This document shows, in pieces, positions 50,660 to 60,332 of a stretch of DNA of 64,000 bases; positions within the stretch are counted from its first letter, which is position 1; each line of letters begins with the position of its first letter. The position numbers and the translations under genes were made by a program. Under the pieces are notes generated by a model. The model did no database searches and was not told the origin of the DNA. It saw only the letters and a program-made list of their open reading frames with translations. The stretch is from an uncultured Ruficoccus sp. (GTDB taxonomy: Bacteria; Verrucomicrobiota; Verrucomicrobiia; Opitutales; Cerasicoccaceae), in assembly GCA_965140785.1 (NCBI GenBank), contig OZ223484.1, forward strand, positions 32,001-96,000, in the 5' to 3' direction.

Positions 50660-51334
50660 TTGAAAGTCACACAGAAATCCACAACCTCGATGGAAATGAA
50701 GCATTCAGAAATCGAGAAGGGGATACAATTCTTACAGCAATCACGTCTGGCTGAGACCATGAATCTCGCCTACCATTTAGTCGATGAGGTTATGAAAAGT
50801 CAGCCCTTACTCAGTTTGCAAAATAGTCACCACTGCTCTGGCTACCTCCGCTATATTCTAGTCAACAATGTCCTTTTTAGTGCTTTTGAATCCGGACATC
50901 TAACTGGTTTTGAATGCCGCTGGGAAGAAACCAATACAAATGCTTCACCCGAATCAAATGCATTAAAAGCGCTTGTCATGGAGATTGAGGAGTTCTCATT
51001 CGAACCGCATCATCTCAGAAACCCTAAGGCGAAGCCGCGGCGATGCATTAGACGCGACGACTACTGCATGCAAAACCAACGCATGTTGTCTTTCGTCGAG
51101 CAAGCACAGCAGAACAAATACCACTTTGTTCTCTTACATGGGGATAAAGGGCTTGAATTTCTCAACTTAGCACTGATCGATGATGTGGAAGAGAATACTC
51201 ACAGCTACTCTTACTAAAGTCCGTCACTGTTGGTCCGAGAGGTCAGGAGTGACGTCATTGAAATAGAAGATTATAAACCAGTTCTCAAAGACGCAGTAAA
51301 GCAGCTGAATGCTTTAAAAAAAGAGGCTGAGTAA
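50660..51334 (+). pseudogene. Hypothetical protein with an internal in-frame TAA (51215-51217)
   Basis: Frame stays open 38 more codons to TAA 51332-51334, 2 bp before the next ATG. Confidence 0.6.
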
Positions 51335-51336
51335 TC

Positions 51337-52455
51337 ATGTTAGCTTTGATTGCAAAGAACATAACGAAGGCTCGAATATATAGCGGATTGACAAAAAAAG
51401 ACCTTGGCGATCGCGTTGATATATCGCCCCAAGCTATCTCTCAGTACGAAAATGGCTCTAGGATTCCACAGCCCGACATATTGAGTCGCATTGCGGATGC
51501 CCTTGAAGTCCCGCTATCTTTCTTTCACAAGGACAAAGAATATGAGGTAGTGACACATACCCCTGTATTTCATAGGGCTAAAGCGAATCAGAGGACAAAT
51601 TCAAAATACCTTCGACGAACTGAAATAGTCTTGGAAGTCGTGGAATATTACCACTGGCTGAATCAGTATGTAGAACTTCCAGTACAATTTCAGCCGGATG
51701 AATTCTCTGCGAACCCAGAAGAAGCGGCTGCTCAATTGAGAGAGCGCTGGGGGTTAGGCCTAGCGCCCGTAGGTAAATTTGCCACGCTGCTCGAAGCAAA
51801 GGGAATCATTATTATAGATTTATCGTTTCCTGATGCCGACATTACGGATGGTTGCTCCGGTTTTTTTGATGGACGTCCCTTCATTTTCACAAACGTGGAG
51901 CAAATCGACGCCGCTCGAACTCGCTTCACGCTGGCACATGAGCTAGGCCACATTGTTTTACACTCTCATTTGTCCGAGGAAGATTTAAGCAACCCATCAA
52001 CGTATAAAGAGATCGAGAATGAGGCTGACGCCTTTGCCTCTGCCTTCTTGATGCCAGAGGAAACTTTTGGCGCTGAAGTGTACTCGACAACGTTAAATAG
52101 CCTATTGCAGCTTAAACCAAGATGGGGCGTCTCCGTTGCGGCCATGATTATGCGAAGTTATCAACTTGGACTTATTGATGATGAGAGGAAATCATCCTTG
52201 TTCAGACAGTTAAGTTACCGTGGTTGGCGCAAAAATGAACCGTTAAATCAGCAGGTAGTTTTTGACGCTCCTAAAGTAGGCAAGTCCGCGTTAACGCTAC
52301 TATTGGAGACCGACCGGTCATATGGCGATCGCCTTCTTTGCGAGCAAAACACCGTCTTTGAACGCGTCCAAAGAGCATTTAATGTAGAACGCAGCTTATT
52401 TGCTTTCGCCGAAGACCCAACTCCATTCTCGGTCAATTTGCGAACAATAGAATAA
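51337..52455 (+). CDS. XRE HTH fused to ImmA/IrrE (COG2856) metallopeptidase
   Basis: ISPQAISQYENG HTH; RFTLAHELGH; ENEADAFASAFLMP. Confidence 0.94.
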   Translation: MLALIAKNITKARIYSGLTKKDLGDRVDISPQAISQYENGSRIPQPDILSRIADALEVPLSFFHKDKEYEVVTHTPVFHRAKANQRTNSKYLRRTEIVLEVVEYYHWLNQYVELPVQFQPDEFSANPEEAAAQLRERWGLGLAPVGKFATLLEAKGIIIIDLSFPDADITDGCSGFFDGRPFIFTNVEQIDAARTRFTLAHELGHIVLHSHLSEEDLSNPSTYKEIENEADAFASAFLMPEETFGAEVYSTTLNSLLQLKPRWGVSVAAMIMRSYQLGLIDDERKSSLFRQLSYRGWRKNEPLNQQVVFDAPKVGKSALTLLLETDRSYGDRLLCEQNTVFERVQRAFNVERSLFAFAEDPTPFSVNLRTIE

Positions 52456-52518
52456 TCAGAGAAAGTCTGATCCTTGATCGAATCATTCAAACGCGTGCTA
52501 CAATAAACAAGCTAAACT

Positions 52519-52539
52519 GGCCCCATTTTTGGCCCCACT
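52519..52539 (-). repeat. Inverted copy of the arm-type repeat
   Basis: Reverse complement AGTGGGGCCAAAAATGGGGCC. Confidence 0.7.
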
Positions 52540-52781
52540 CGGGAGGGTAAAGCCGCTTTAGGATGGCAAAGATTACCGGACGCAAAGAGCGGCGCACAAC
52601 TTGAGTCCCGATGGAAAAAGGGTTCGCGGAGGGCTAACTTGAGCTGTTTCGGCAGAGCTGGAGGGTTGGAGCCGAGCAGTTGGACTTGGGCTTTGGGGTG
52701 ACCCATGATTGGACGCACTTGGAAGCCGCAACCAGTTGGTTTTAATGTAAGTCAAGGACTTAAGAAACAGAGAAGGCGGAT

Positions 52782-52806
52782 TTAGTGGGGCCAAAAGTGG
52801 GGCTTT
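52782..52806 (+). repeat. Candidate integrase arm-type site
   Basis: TTAGTGGGGCCAAAAGTGGGGCTTT. Confidence 0.75.
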
Positions 52807-52897
52807 GGCCCACGAAATTCGCCCTTATTTCAGAATGTTTCGCCCTTTTCGGGCAAAGGGGCTTTTGCGGGCCGATTGCCTGGGAAGCGGCATAAAT

Positions 52898-52926
52898 AAA
52901 GCCCTCGGCGTTAACCGAGGGCTTTT
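52898..52926 (-). terminator. Island-supplied terminator downstream of tRNA-Met
   Basis: AAAGCCCTCGG-CGTTAA-CCGAGGGCTTT. Confidence 0.75.
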
Positions 52927-52930
52927 AAAT

Positions 52931-53007
<77 letters not shown>

Positions 53008-53302
53008 ATAAAGTGAAAGACGCTAAAGCATCATTTTTCAGACGCTTTTCAAGCAGTTTTTTTATTTTTTTTCATTCAGTCACTTTTCGGGAAAGATTTT
53101 ACCCTCTTCTTTTGGGTCTGAGGCAGCAGCCGGTCGGCTTCTTTGGGAAAAAAGTGGTTGCCTTCGTCCGGGCGGGGCCTATCTTCCCTGCTCTTTTGGC
53201 TCATTGCCATTTCAAGCAAACGCATTAAACCAATCGCAAATTAACAACCCTACGATCCAAGACCCGCCGGTTATGCCGAGCAGGTACGGAGACTAAAGAT
53301 CC

Positions 53303-54169
53303 ATGAACATCACGATTAAAGACCTCCTCGACGCCGGCGTGCACTTCGGACACCAAGTCCGCCGCTGGAACCCGAAGTCCAAGCCGTACGTGTACGACCA
53401 CCGTCACGGCATCTCGATCATCAACCTCGAAAAGACCTACGGTCTGCTCGAAAAGGCCTGCACCTATGCCGAGGACCTCGTTGCCTCCGGTAAGGACATC
53501 CTCTTCGTCGGCACCAAGCGCCAGGCCCAGGAAATCATCCGCGAGGGCGGCAACACCGTGGGCATGCCCTTCTGCGCCAACCGCTGGCTCGGCGGCACCC
53601 TGACCAATTTCCAAACTGTCGAGAAGAGCCTCGAGAAGTACAAGCGCTTCCTCGCCATGGAAGCCGACGGCTCCCTGCAGAAGCTGCCGGGTAAGGAATC
53701 CGCCGCCATCCGCCGCGAGATGTCCCGCATGCACCGTAATTTCGAGGGTATCCTTGAGATGAAGAAGGTCCCCGCCGCGATGTTCGTGATCGACGTCAAG
53801 ACCGAGGCGATCGCCGTGGCCGAAGCCAAGCGCCTGAAGATCCCCGTCATCGCCCTGGTCGATACCAACTCCGACCCCTCGCTGGTCTCCTACCCGATCC
53901 CGGGTAACGACGACGCCGTCAAGGCCATCCGCCTGGTCGTCGAGGTCATCCTCGAAGCCATCCAGAACGGTCTCGCCCGTCGCTCCGAGCCGACCATCAC
54001 CCAGAAGGACATCACCCCGATCGTCCAACGCGATTTCACCGAGGCACAGCCCGAAGTAACCATTTCTCCCGACCTCATGGTCGATGAGGAAGAGGTGAAG
54101 CAGGAACAGGCTCCGGCCGAGGAAGCAGCTCCTGCCGCCGCTGAAACCACCACTGAAGAAAACAAGTAA
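53303..54169 (+). CDS. rpsB: 30S ribosomal protein S2
   Basis: [38 protein letters not shown]. Confidence 0.99.
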   Translation: MNITIKDLLDAGVHFGHQVRRWNPKSKPYVYDHRHGISIINLEKTYGLLEKACTYAEDLVASGKDILFVGTKRQAQEIIREGGNTVGMPFCANRWLGGTLTNFQTVEKSLEKYKRFLAMEADGSLQKLPGKESAAIRREMSRMHRNFEGILEMKKVPAAMFVIDVKTEAIAVAEAKRLKIPVIALVDTNSDPSLVSYPIPGNDDAVKAIRLVVEVILEAIQNGLARRSEPTITQKDITPIVQRDFTEAQPEVTISPDLMVDEEEVKQEQAPAEEAAPAAAETTTEENK

Positions 54170-54192
54170 TTACTAGCTAACCCAGCTGAACA

Positions 54193-54783
54193 ATGGCCAC
54201 CATTTCCGCAAGCATGGTTAACGAGCTCCGCAAACGCACCGGAGCCGGATTAATGGACTGCAAGGGCGCCCTCGTCGAAGCCAATGGCGACGAAGAAGGT
54301 GCAATTGCCATCCTCAAAAAGAAGGGCATCGCCAAGGCCGCCAAGAAGGCCGGCCGCGAGGCTTCCGAAGGCGTCATCGAGTCTTACATCCACACGGGTG
54401 GCAAGGTCGGCGTGATGATCGAAATCAACTGCGAGTCCGACTTCGTCGCCAAGAACGACGACTTCAAGGCTTTCGCCCGCGACGTCTGCATGCACATTGC
54501 AGCCGCCGCCCCGATCGCCGTCAGTCGCGAAGATGTTGATCCGGCCATCCTGGAAAAGGAGAAGGAAGTTGCCATGGCTCAGGCCGAAGGCAAGCCCGCC
54601 GCCGCCATCGATAAGATCGTCGAAGGCAAGGTCAACAAGTACCTGGAGCTGAACTGCCTGCTCGAGCAGCCGTTCGTCAAAAACACCGACCAGACCGTCG
54701 GTGAACTGCTCACTCATAAGATCCAGACCATCGGCGAAAACCTCAAGATCCGCCGCTTCGCCCGCTTCGCTATCGGCGAATAA
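54193..54783 (+). CDS. tsf: Elongation factor Ts (short form)
   Basis: LRKRTGAGLMDCKGAL, EINCESDFVA, IGENLKIRRFARF. Confidence 0.99.
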   Translation: MATISASMVNELRKRTGAGLMDCKGALVEANGDEEGAIAILKKKGIAKAAKKAGREASEGVIESYIHTGGKVGVMIEINCESDFVAKNDDFKAFARDVCMHIAAAAPIAVSREDVDPAILEKEKEVAMAQAEGKPAAAIDKIVEGKVNKYLELNCLLEQPFVKNTDQTVGELLTHKIQTIGENLKIRRFARFAIGE

Positions 54784-54807
54784 TTACAAGCTTTCCAGCT
54801 TTTTCAC

Positions 54808-54841
54808 AAAAAACCCCGGTTCCTCTGGAGCCGGGGTTTTT
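54808..54841 (+). terminator. Rho-independent terminator of rpsB-tsf
   Basis: AAAAAACCCCGG...CCGGGGTTTTT. Confidence 0.88.
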
Positions 54842-54886
54842 CGTTTCCAGGCAGGGGAAACTCAACCTATACCGTGAATCATGAAG

Positions 54887-54943
54887 CACGGATGACACGG
54901 ATAACACAGACAAAACAAATCCGTGTTATCCGTGCAATCCGTG
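54887..54943. repeat. Palindromic REP/MITE-like element built from 9-bp units
   Basis: CACGGATGA CACGGATAA CACAGAC ... ATCCGTG TTATCCGTG CAATCCGTG. Confidence 0.7.
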
Positions 54944-55006
54944 GTAAAAGTCGGCTATCAAGATGAGCCCGACGGAGCACGCAACTCTCTGTGCCTCTGT
55001 GTGAGC

Positions 55007-56275
55007 CTACCGCCCGGCGGCGACGCGGACAAAGCGTCCGGTGGCCTCGGCCAGTTTCTCCTTGGCCAGGGAGCCGAAGCTGAGCCGGGCGAAGTTATTC
55101 GGCTCGCCCTCGGCCACACAGAGATCGCCCGGCACATAGAGTACGCCGTCCCGCACACACTGTTCGCAGAAGTCCGAGCCGATGGACAGGTCGAGCCCTT
55201 CCGGGGCGCGCAGCCAGTAGTAGAGGCCACCGAGCGGCTGCTCCCAGCTCCAGCCCAGTTGTCTCAGCGGAGAGGCTTCCAGCGCCTCGCCCATGATGCG
55301 GGCCTTTTCCCGGTAAATCGCCCGCACGCGCTTCAGGTGGGGCGTGTACTCCTCTGCCGCCATCACGCTCTCAATGATGGCCTGGTTGAGATTCGGCGTG
55401 CCGAAGTCCTGATGGCCCTTGAGCGAGAGCATCTTGCCCATCCATTCCGGGTGGGAGCAGATTCCGTAGCCGACCTTCAGGCCGGTAGCGAAGGGCTTGG
55501 TAAAGGTGCCCAAGTAGAGGCGCGGCAGACTGTCGAACTCGGGTAGGCTGAACACGCTCGGGGCCCCCCAGGGCCGGTCGAACCACAACTCGCGGTAGGC
55601 GGCGTCCTCGAGCACGGGCAGATGCAGGCCGTTGTCGAGCAGAGCCCGCCCCAGCGCACGCTTTTCCTCCACCGGCATGCTGCGCGAGGAGGGATTACTG
55701 AAGTAGCTGTTGAGGTAGAGGGCCTTGATCCGGGTAGCCCCGGCGGAGGTCTTGAGCTTGAGGAGGAACTCCGGCAGTGCGGCGAAATCGGTCCCCCCGT
55801 CCGGCAGCGCGGGCAGGGAAACGGCGCGGATGCCCAGCCCCCGGCACAGTTCCAAAAAAACAAAATAGGTCGGCTGCTGCACCAGGATGATGTCGCCAAC
55901 GTCGCAGAGGCTCTGCATAGCCAGATAGAGCGCCTGCTGGGAGCCGTTGGAGATGAAGACCGACTCGGGGCTGAAGGGCTCGGGAGCGGCTTCGCTTTCG
56001 CAGGCGTTGAGCCAGTTGGCCACCTCGATGAGAAGGCCCGCCCGTCCGCGGTTGGTCCCGTACTGGAGGTACTCCGCCCCCGGCATCTCGGCAGCCAGCC
56101 GCGAGAGGGCACGCTGGACAAGCTCCACCGGCAAGGTGATATTATCCGTAAAGCCGGCGGCCAGCGAGAGCAGCTCGGAGTTAGCCAGGGCCCGGTGCAT
56201 CAGGTCGGTAATCACCGGCTCGGTCGCACGGCGGCCCAGTTGAGAATAAGAAAGGGATTGCGAAGACTCGTCCAC
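55007..56275 (-). CDS. PLP-dependent aminotransferase class I/II
   Basis: LSLAAG, LQYG, NGSQQAL, EDAAY, GTFTK (PLP Lys), RLSF; GTG start inferred. Confidence 0.92.
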   Translation of the reverse strand: MDESSQSLSYSQLGRRATEPVITDLMHRALANSELLSLAAGFTDNITLPVELVQRALSRLAAEMPGAEYLQYGTNRGRAGLLIEVANWLNACESEAAPEPFSPESVFISNGSQQALYLAMQSLCDVGDIILVQQPTYFVFLELCRGLGIRAVSLPALPDGGTDFAALPEFLLKLKTSAGATRIKALYLNSYFSNPSSRSMPVEEKRALGRALLDNGLHLPVLEDAAYRELWFDRPWGAPSVFSLPEFDSLPRLYLGTFTKPFATGLKVGYGICSHPEWMGKMLSLKGHQDFGTPNLNQAIIESVMAAEEYTPHLKRVRAIYREKARIMGEALEASPLRQLGWSWEQPLGGLYYWLRAPEGLDLSIGSDFCEQCVRDGVLYVPGDLCVAEGEPNNFARLSFGSLAKEKLAEATGRFVRVAAGR

Positions 56276-56439
56276 GGGAAAAGCCAGCCATGATGACACC
56301 CGACACCCCCACTGACAAGAGGGAACCTCCCCCCTCCCCCGACCGGCCTCCCTCCACCGGCTGGGGGAAAAGCTTGCGACGGCTGCTGGCATGGGAAATC
56401 TTTCCCTCTCCCGTGCGCACGAAGCATCCTGTTTTTTCC

Positions 56440-57226
56440 ATGATCCAAACCGTCCTGATCTTTTTTCTGGTTCTCTACCTGGCGGGCGCGCTCTTCGCCC
56501 TGTTCTTCGCCCGCGGAATGATCTTCCCGGCGCCCGCCGCCAATTACAACCGACGAGACCCCGGGCGTCTTCAAGCTCCCCCTGCCCGGCGGCGGCACCG
56601 TCTCAGCCCTGTATTTCGAGAACCCCGCCGCGACCCACACGCTGCTCTACAGCCACGGCAACGGCGAGGACATCGGCTCGAACCCCGAGCTGTGGCCCTG
56701 GCTGCGGGACATGGGGTTCAATGTCCTGGCCTACGACTATCCCGGCTACGGCACCAGCGGGGGCCGCGCCAGCGAGCAGGGCTGCTACGACGCCATCGGG
56801 GCCGCCTACTCCTGGCTGCGCGAAGAGAAAGGCATCCCCGCCGAACAAATCGTGCTCTTTGGCCGCTCGGTCGGGGGCGGCCCGACCATCGACCTGGCCG
56901 CGCGCCAGCCGGTGGGCGGGGTGATACTCGACGGGCAGCTTCACCAGCGCTTTCCGGGTCATGACGCGCACGCGCATCCTCCCCTGGGACTGCTTCAACT
57001 CCATCGCCAAAATCGACCGCATCGACTCCCCGCTGCTCGTTAGCTCCACGGCACCGCCGACCGGACCGTTCCCTTCTGGCACGGCCAGGCTCTTTACGAA
57101 AAAGCCGCCGAGCCCAAATACAAACTCTGGGTCGAGGGGGCGGGACATAACAACTTGATTGAAACCGCCGGGGATGCCTATGCTGAGGCGATTGTCAACT
57201 TTCGGCAAAGCCTGAACCATGAGTAA
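56440..57226 (+). CDS. Alpha/beta hydrolase (ABHD17-like), several apparent frameshifts
   Basis: YSHGNGED, YDYPGYGTS, GRSVG, HGTAD, GAGHN spread across frames. Confidence 0.8.
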
Positions 57227-57773
57227 AACCGCCCTGATCATCCTGCACGAAGGCTTCGAGGAGATGGAAGCCATCGCCCCCATCGACATCCTGCGCCGTG
57301 GCGAGATCGCCGTGACCGTCGCCAGCCGCGAATTTCACGCCACGGTCAAGGGCCGCAACGGCGTCAGCGTCAAGGCCGACGTGCTCCTCGACGAGGCGCT
57401 CAAGCAAACCTATGACTGCCTGATCCTGCCGGGCGGGCCGGGGGTCGGCAAGCTGCGCGACGACCGGCGCGTGCTGGACGCCCTCACCCGCTACCAGAAG
57501 GACGGTCGCCTCATCGCCGCCATCTGCGCCGCCCCGCTGTGCCTGCTGGACGCCGGGCTGCTGCCGGGCAAGCCCTTCACCTCGCACCCGACGACGGCCC
57601 AGGAGCTGCCCGGACGCGATACCGACCAGGCCGTGGTCGAATCCGGCAACCTCATCACCTCGCAGGGAGCGGGCACGGCCACCGCCTTTGCCCTGGCCGT
57701 GCTGGCCCGGCTCAGCGACGCCGCCACCGCCCAAGGCGTGGCCGAGAGCATCTGCCTGTCCTCCCCCCAATAA
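57219..57773 (+). CDS. DJ-1/PfpI (YajL-like) protein
   Basis: GFEEMEA, LILPGG, AAICAAP, ITSQGAGTA. Confidence 0.93.
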   Translation: MSKTALIILHEGFEEMEAIAPIDILRRGEIAVTVASREFHATVKGRNGVSVKADVLLDEALKQTYDCLILPGGPGVGKLRDDRRVLDALTRYQKDGRLIAAICAAPLCLLDAGLLPGKPFTSHPTTAQELPGRDTDQAVVESGNLITSQGAGTATAFALAVLARLSDAATAQGVAESICLSSPQ

Positions 57774-57792
57774 CCCTCTTTACCCCACTCGC

Positions 57793-59277
57793 GTGCTCGA
57801 AGAAGAATTCCCCTCTCCGGGGCCCAGAACCCAAGGCGAAAAAGCCGTCCAGTGGCACCTGATCGCCTTTGGACTGTTCACGTTTGTGCTCTTTGGCGGA
57901 GCCGCCCACTTCGCCGTCCCCTACCTCGGGGCGATGGGTTGGATCGGATTGATCATTTATTTATGGCATTGCTCCGAGCTCCCCGATGCCAGTTCGCATC
58001 CCCGCCTCGTGCTGCTGGCCTATCTGGTACCGGTCCTCCTGTGTCTGGGAATCTTTGTCGCCGGGATATGGAACCCGCCGGTGGAGGAATTCGAAGAGGG
58101 CGGGGTCACGTACCTGCTGCTGCATGAAATCCGCAGTTGGCAGCCCGTTACCACGCTTCCTCTGGAGAGCTGGAGCGCGATTTTTCTGGCCGGCGGCATC
58201 TATGTGAGCGCGTTAAACATGCTGCTGGTCATCGGGGTCGAGGACCTCACGCGCCGCATCCTGCTGATTCTTGGGATCACCGCAGCGGTGCTGGCGGCCA
58301 TCGGCTTCTTGCAGGCCGTGCTCCAGTCGCCCCGCCTGCTGGGCATTGTCTATGCCCCGAGCGGCAGCTACTTTTCTATCTTCCCGCATCCGCACGGCTG
58401 GGCTTCGTTCGCGCTGCTGTGGACCGGGGCCATGACCGCGCTGGGCTCCCACTACCTCCGGCACATGCGCTTTCAGGCGTTTCTCGACCGCGGGGGCATC
58501 TGGTTCCTCGTCGCCGTCGCTATCCTCATCGCTTCGGTCGTACTGACCGGTACGGGGCTGCATGTGCTGTGCCTGAGCTTCCTGCTGGGGCTGTCGGCCT
58601 TTGACGCCTCCCATAATCTCAGCTCGCGCAAGAAATTCGGCAAACTCGTGCTGGGGCTGACGGGCTTTGTCGTGCTGGCGGGCGGGATCGGAGTCTTCGC
58701 CCTCAACCTCCCCCGCGCCACCCAAACACTGGTCCAGTGGAAGATGATCCCGAGCGTCGGCCTGAGCTGGCAGGAACAGCTGCTGATTTACAAGGACGCC
58801 TGGCAGCTCTTTCTGGACAAGCCGATCTTCGGGTGGGGGGCCGGGTCCTTCCGCACCATGATGACCTTCTATCAGGAGCCGGAGCTGGGTACCAGTGTTT
58901 ACCAGGCCGCCCACAGTGACGCCCTGCAGGTGCTGGTCGAATACGGGCTGGTCGGCGCGCTGGCCTGGATCAGCGTGCCGGTCATTGTCTTCATCCGCTT
59001 CCTGCGCCTGAAAGCCCAGCGCCCCTTGAGTTGGTACCTCTTCGGCACCTGCTCCCTGGGCCTGCTGCTGGCGCTGATCGGCTTCCCCTTCCGCTTCCCG
59101 GCCTTCGCCTTTTCCTTCCTGCTGCTGTGGTTCCTGGCTTACCGCTGGTCGATCATCCCGCACCTGAAGACGGCGAACATTCTGCGGCCCCAACTGGTCT
59201 TCACCCAGGGGAAGCGGCTCCCGCGCAAACTTCCCCACACCCACAGCAAGGGCCACTCCAAAAAGTCAAAGGACTGA
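57793..59277 (+). CDS. O-antigen ligase-like membrane protein
   Basis: Multi-TM; PIFGWGAGSF, AHSDALQVLVEYGLVG. Confidence 0.85.
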   Translation: MLEEEFPSPGPRTQGEKAVQWHLIAFGLFTFVLFGGAAHFAVPYLGAMGWIGLIIYLWHCSELPDASSHPRLVLLAYLVPVLLCLGIFVAGIWNPPVEEFEEGGVTYLLLHEIRSWQPVTTLPLESWSAIFLAGGIYVSALNMLLVIGVEDLTRRILLILGITAAVLAAIGFLQAVLQSPRLLGIVYAPSGSYFSIFPHPHGWASFALLWTGAMTALGSHYLRHMRFQAFLDRGGIWFLVAVAILIASVVLTGTGLHVLCLSFLLGLSAFDASHNLSSRKKFGKLVLGLTGFVVLAGGIGVFALNLPRATQTLVQWKMIPSVGLSWQEQLLIYKDAWQLFLDKPIFGWGAGSFRTMMTFYQEPELGTSVYQAAHSDALQVLVEYGLVGALAWISVPVIVFIRFLRLKAQRPLSWYLFGTCSLGLLLALIGFPFRFPAFAFSFLLLWFLAYRWSIIPHLKTANILRPQLVFTQGKRLPRKLPHTHSKGHSKKSKD

Positions 59278-59321
59278 GCCTCCCCCACCCCTAAGGGATG
59301 GGAACGAAGGTGGGCAGGGAA

Positions 59322-60332
59322 TTACTCCGGCTGGACGGTTTCTTCCGACTGCTCGACATCGGTGAAGAGGATGGTCGGTGCTTTCATCCCGTCGCGAAAA
59401 AAGAGCGCACGGTTGTGCTCATCGTCGATCCGGGCTAGCAGGATACCGTGCCCGCGGACCTTGAAACTGCCGTCGGCTTGGACAAAGGCGGTCCCGAGCG
59501 CGTCCTTATAGCAGATCACCTGAAGGTTCATGGCGTTGTCTATCTGGAAGCGGTCAAAGGCCACCTCGGGAGACTCGCCTCGGGAGGACGATGAGTAGCG
59601 GTTGCTGCGAGCCGCCCGCAGCAAGGCGCGGCGGCGCAGGGAGTCAAAGCGGCGCACCAGCCGCTGGTAACCCTCCATGTACTCACTCAGGGCCGCCATC
59701 CAGTTGATGTCGGCCTTGGCCTGCAAGGCACGCGACTCGCTGCCGGATTCGGTTTCCTGCACCAGCAGGTCGTAGTCAGTGCGCATATTCTCCCCGACCT
59801 GGTTGAGCGCGGGGACCATGTTGGCCAGCGTGAGCGAGGAAATGGGGCTGGCGTAGCGCTCGTAAAGGGACTCCCGGCTCTCGAATTCACGCAGACTGCC
59901 GTTGACGGTGTAGGAAGACTTCATGCGGGGCGGAAACTCGCCCTTCAGATCCGAGAGCATATCCTCCAGGCGTCCGCGGTCACGCTCACTGAGCAGGTCC
60001 ACGCCGTTGGCCTCGGGCTCGGCACCCGCTTCGTCGCTCTCGTGCTCAGGCGGTGGAGCCAACAGCTCCGTGTAGCACTTGTGCTGTTGGTTGAGCAGCA
60101 TGATCAGCTCCGGCGTGAGCTTATCGAGCACGATAATTTCAACCGTGGAAAGGTCCACGTCCGGGAGCTCCTCCAGTTCGACCCGACCAGTCGTGATGGG
60201 CACGACCTCCGGCTGGGGCGGCGGGGGGGGCGCTTTTTCTGCGGCGGCTGGCTTTTCTTTCGAGCAGCCGGCCAGGGTCAGGATCGCGAGGGTTAAGCAG
60301 GCACAGCGGATAGGGCGGAATGAGGTATTCAT
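59322..60332 (-). CDS. Hypothetical lipoprotein
   Basis: Lipobox LAGC; ATGA overlap with the upstream gene. Confidence 0.75.
   Translation of the reverse strand: MNTSFRPIRCACLTLAILTLAGCSKEKPAAAEKAPPPPPQPEVVPITTGRVELEELPDVDLSTVEIIVLDKLTPELIMLLNQQHKCYTELLAPPPEHESDEAGAEPEANGVDLLSERDRGRLEDMLSDLKGEFPPRMKSSYTVNGSLREFESRESLYERYASPISSLTLANMVPALNQVGENMRTDYDLLVQETESGSESRALQAKADINWMAALSEYMEGYQRLVRRFDSLRRRALLRAARSNRYSSSSRGESPEVAFDRFQIDNAMNLQVICYKDALGTAFVQADGSFKVRGHGILLARIDDEHNRALFFRDGMKAPTILFTDVEQSEETVQPE

Noticed and set aside
54887..54943. CRISPR array
   Set aside because: 9-bp units in inverted arrangement, no unique spacers and no cas genes; no CRISPR array seen anywhere in the window.
54784..55006. 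Absence of pyrH-frr after rpsB-tsf
   Set aside because: Gene order at this locus varies between lineages; not evidence of loss.
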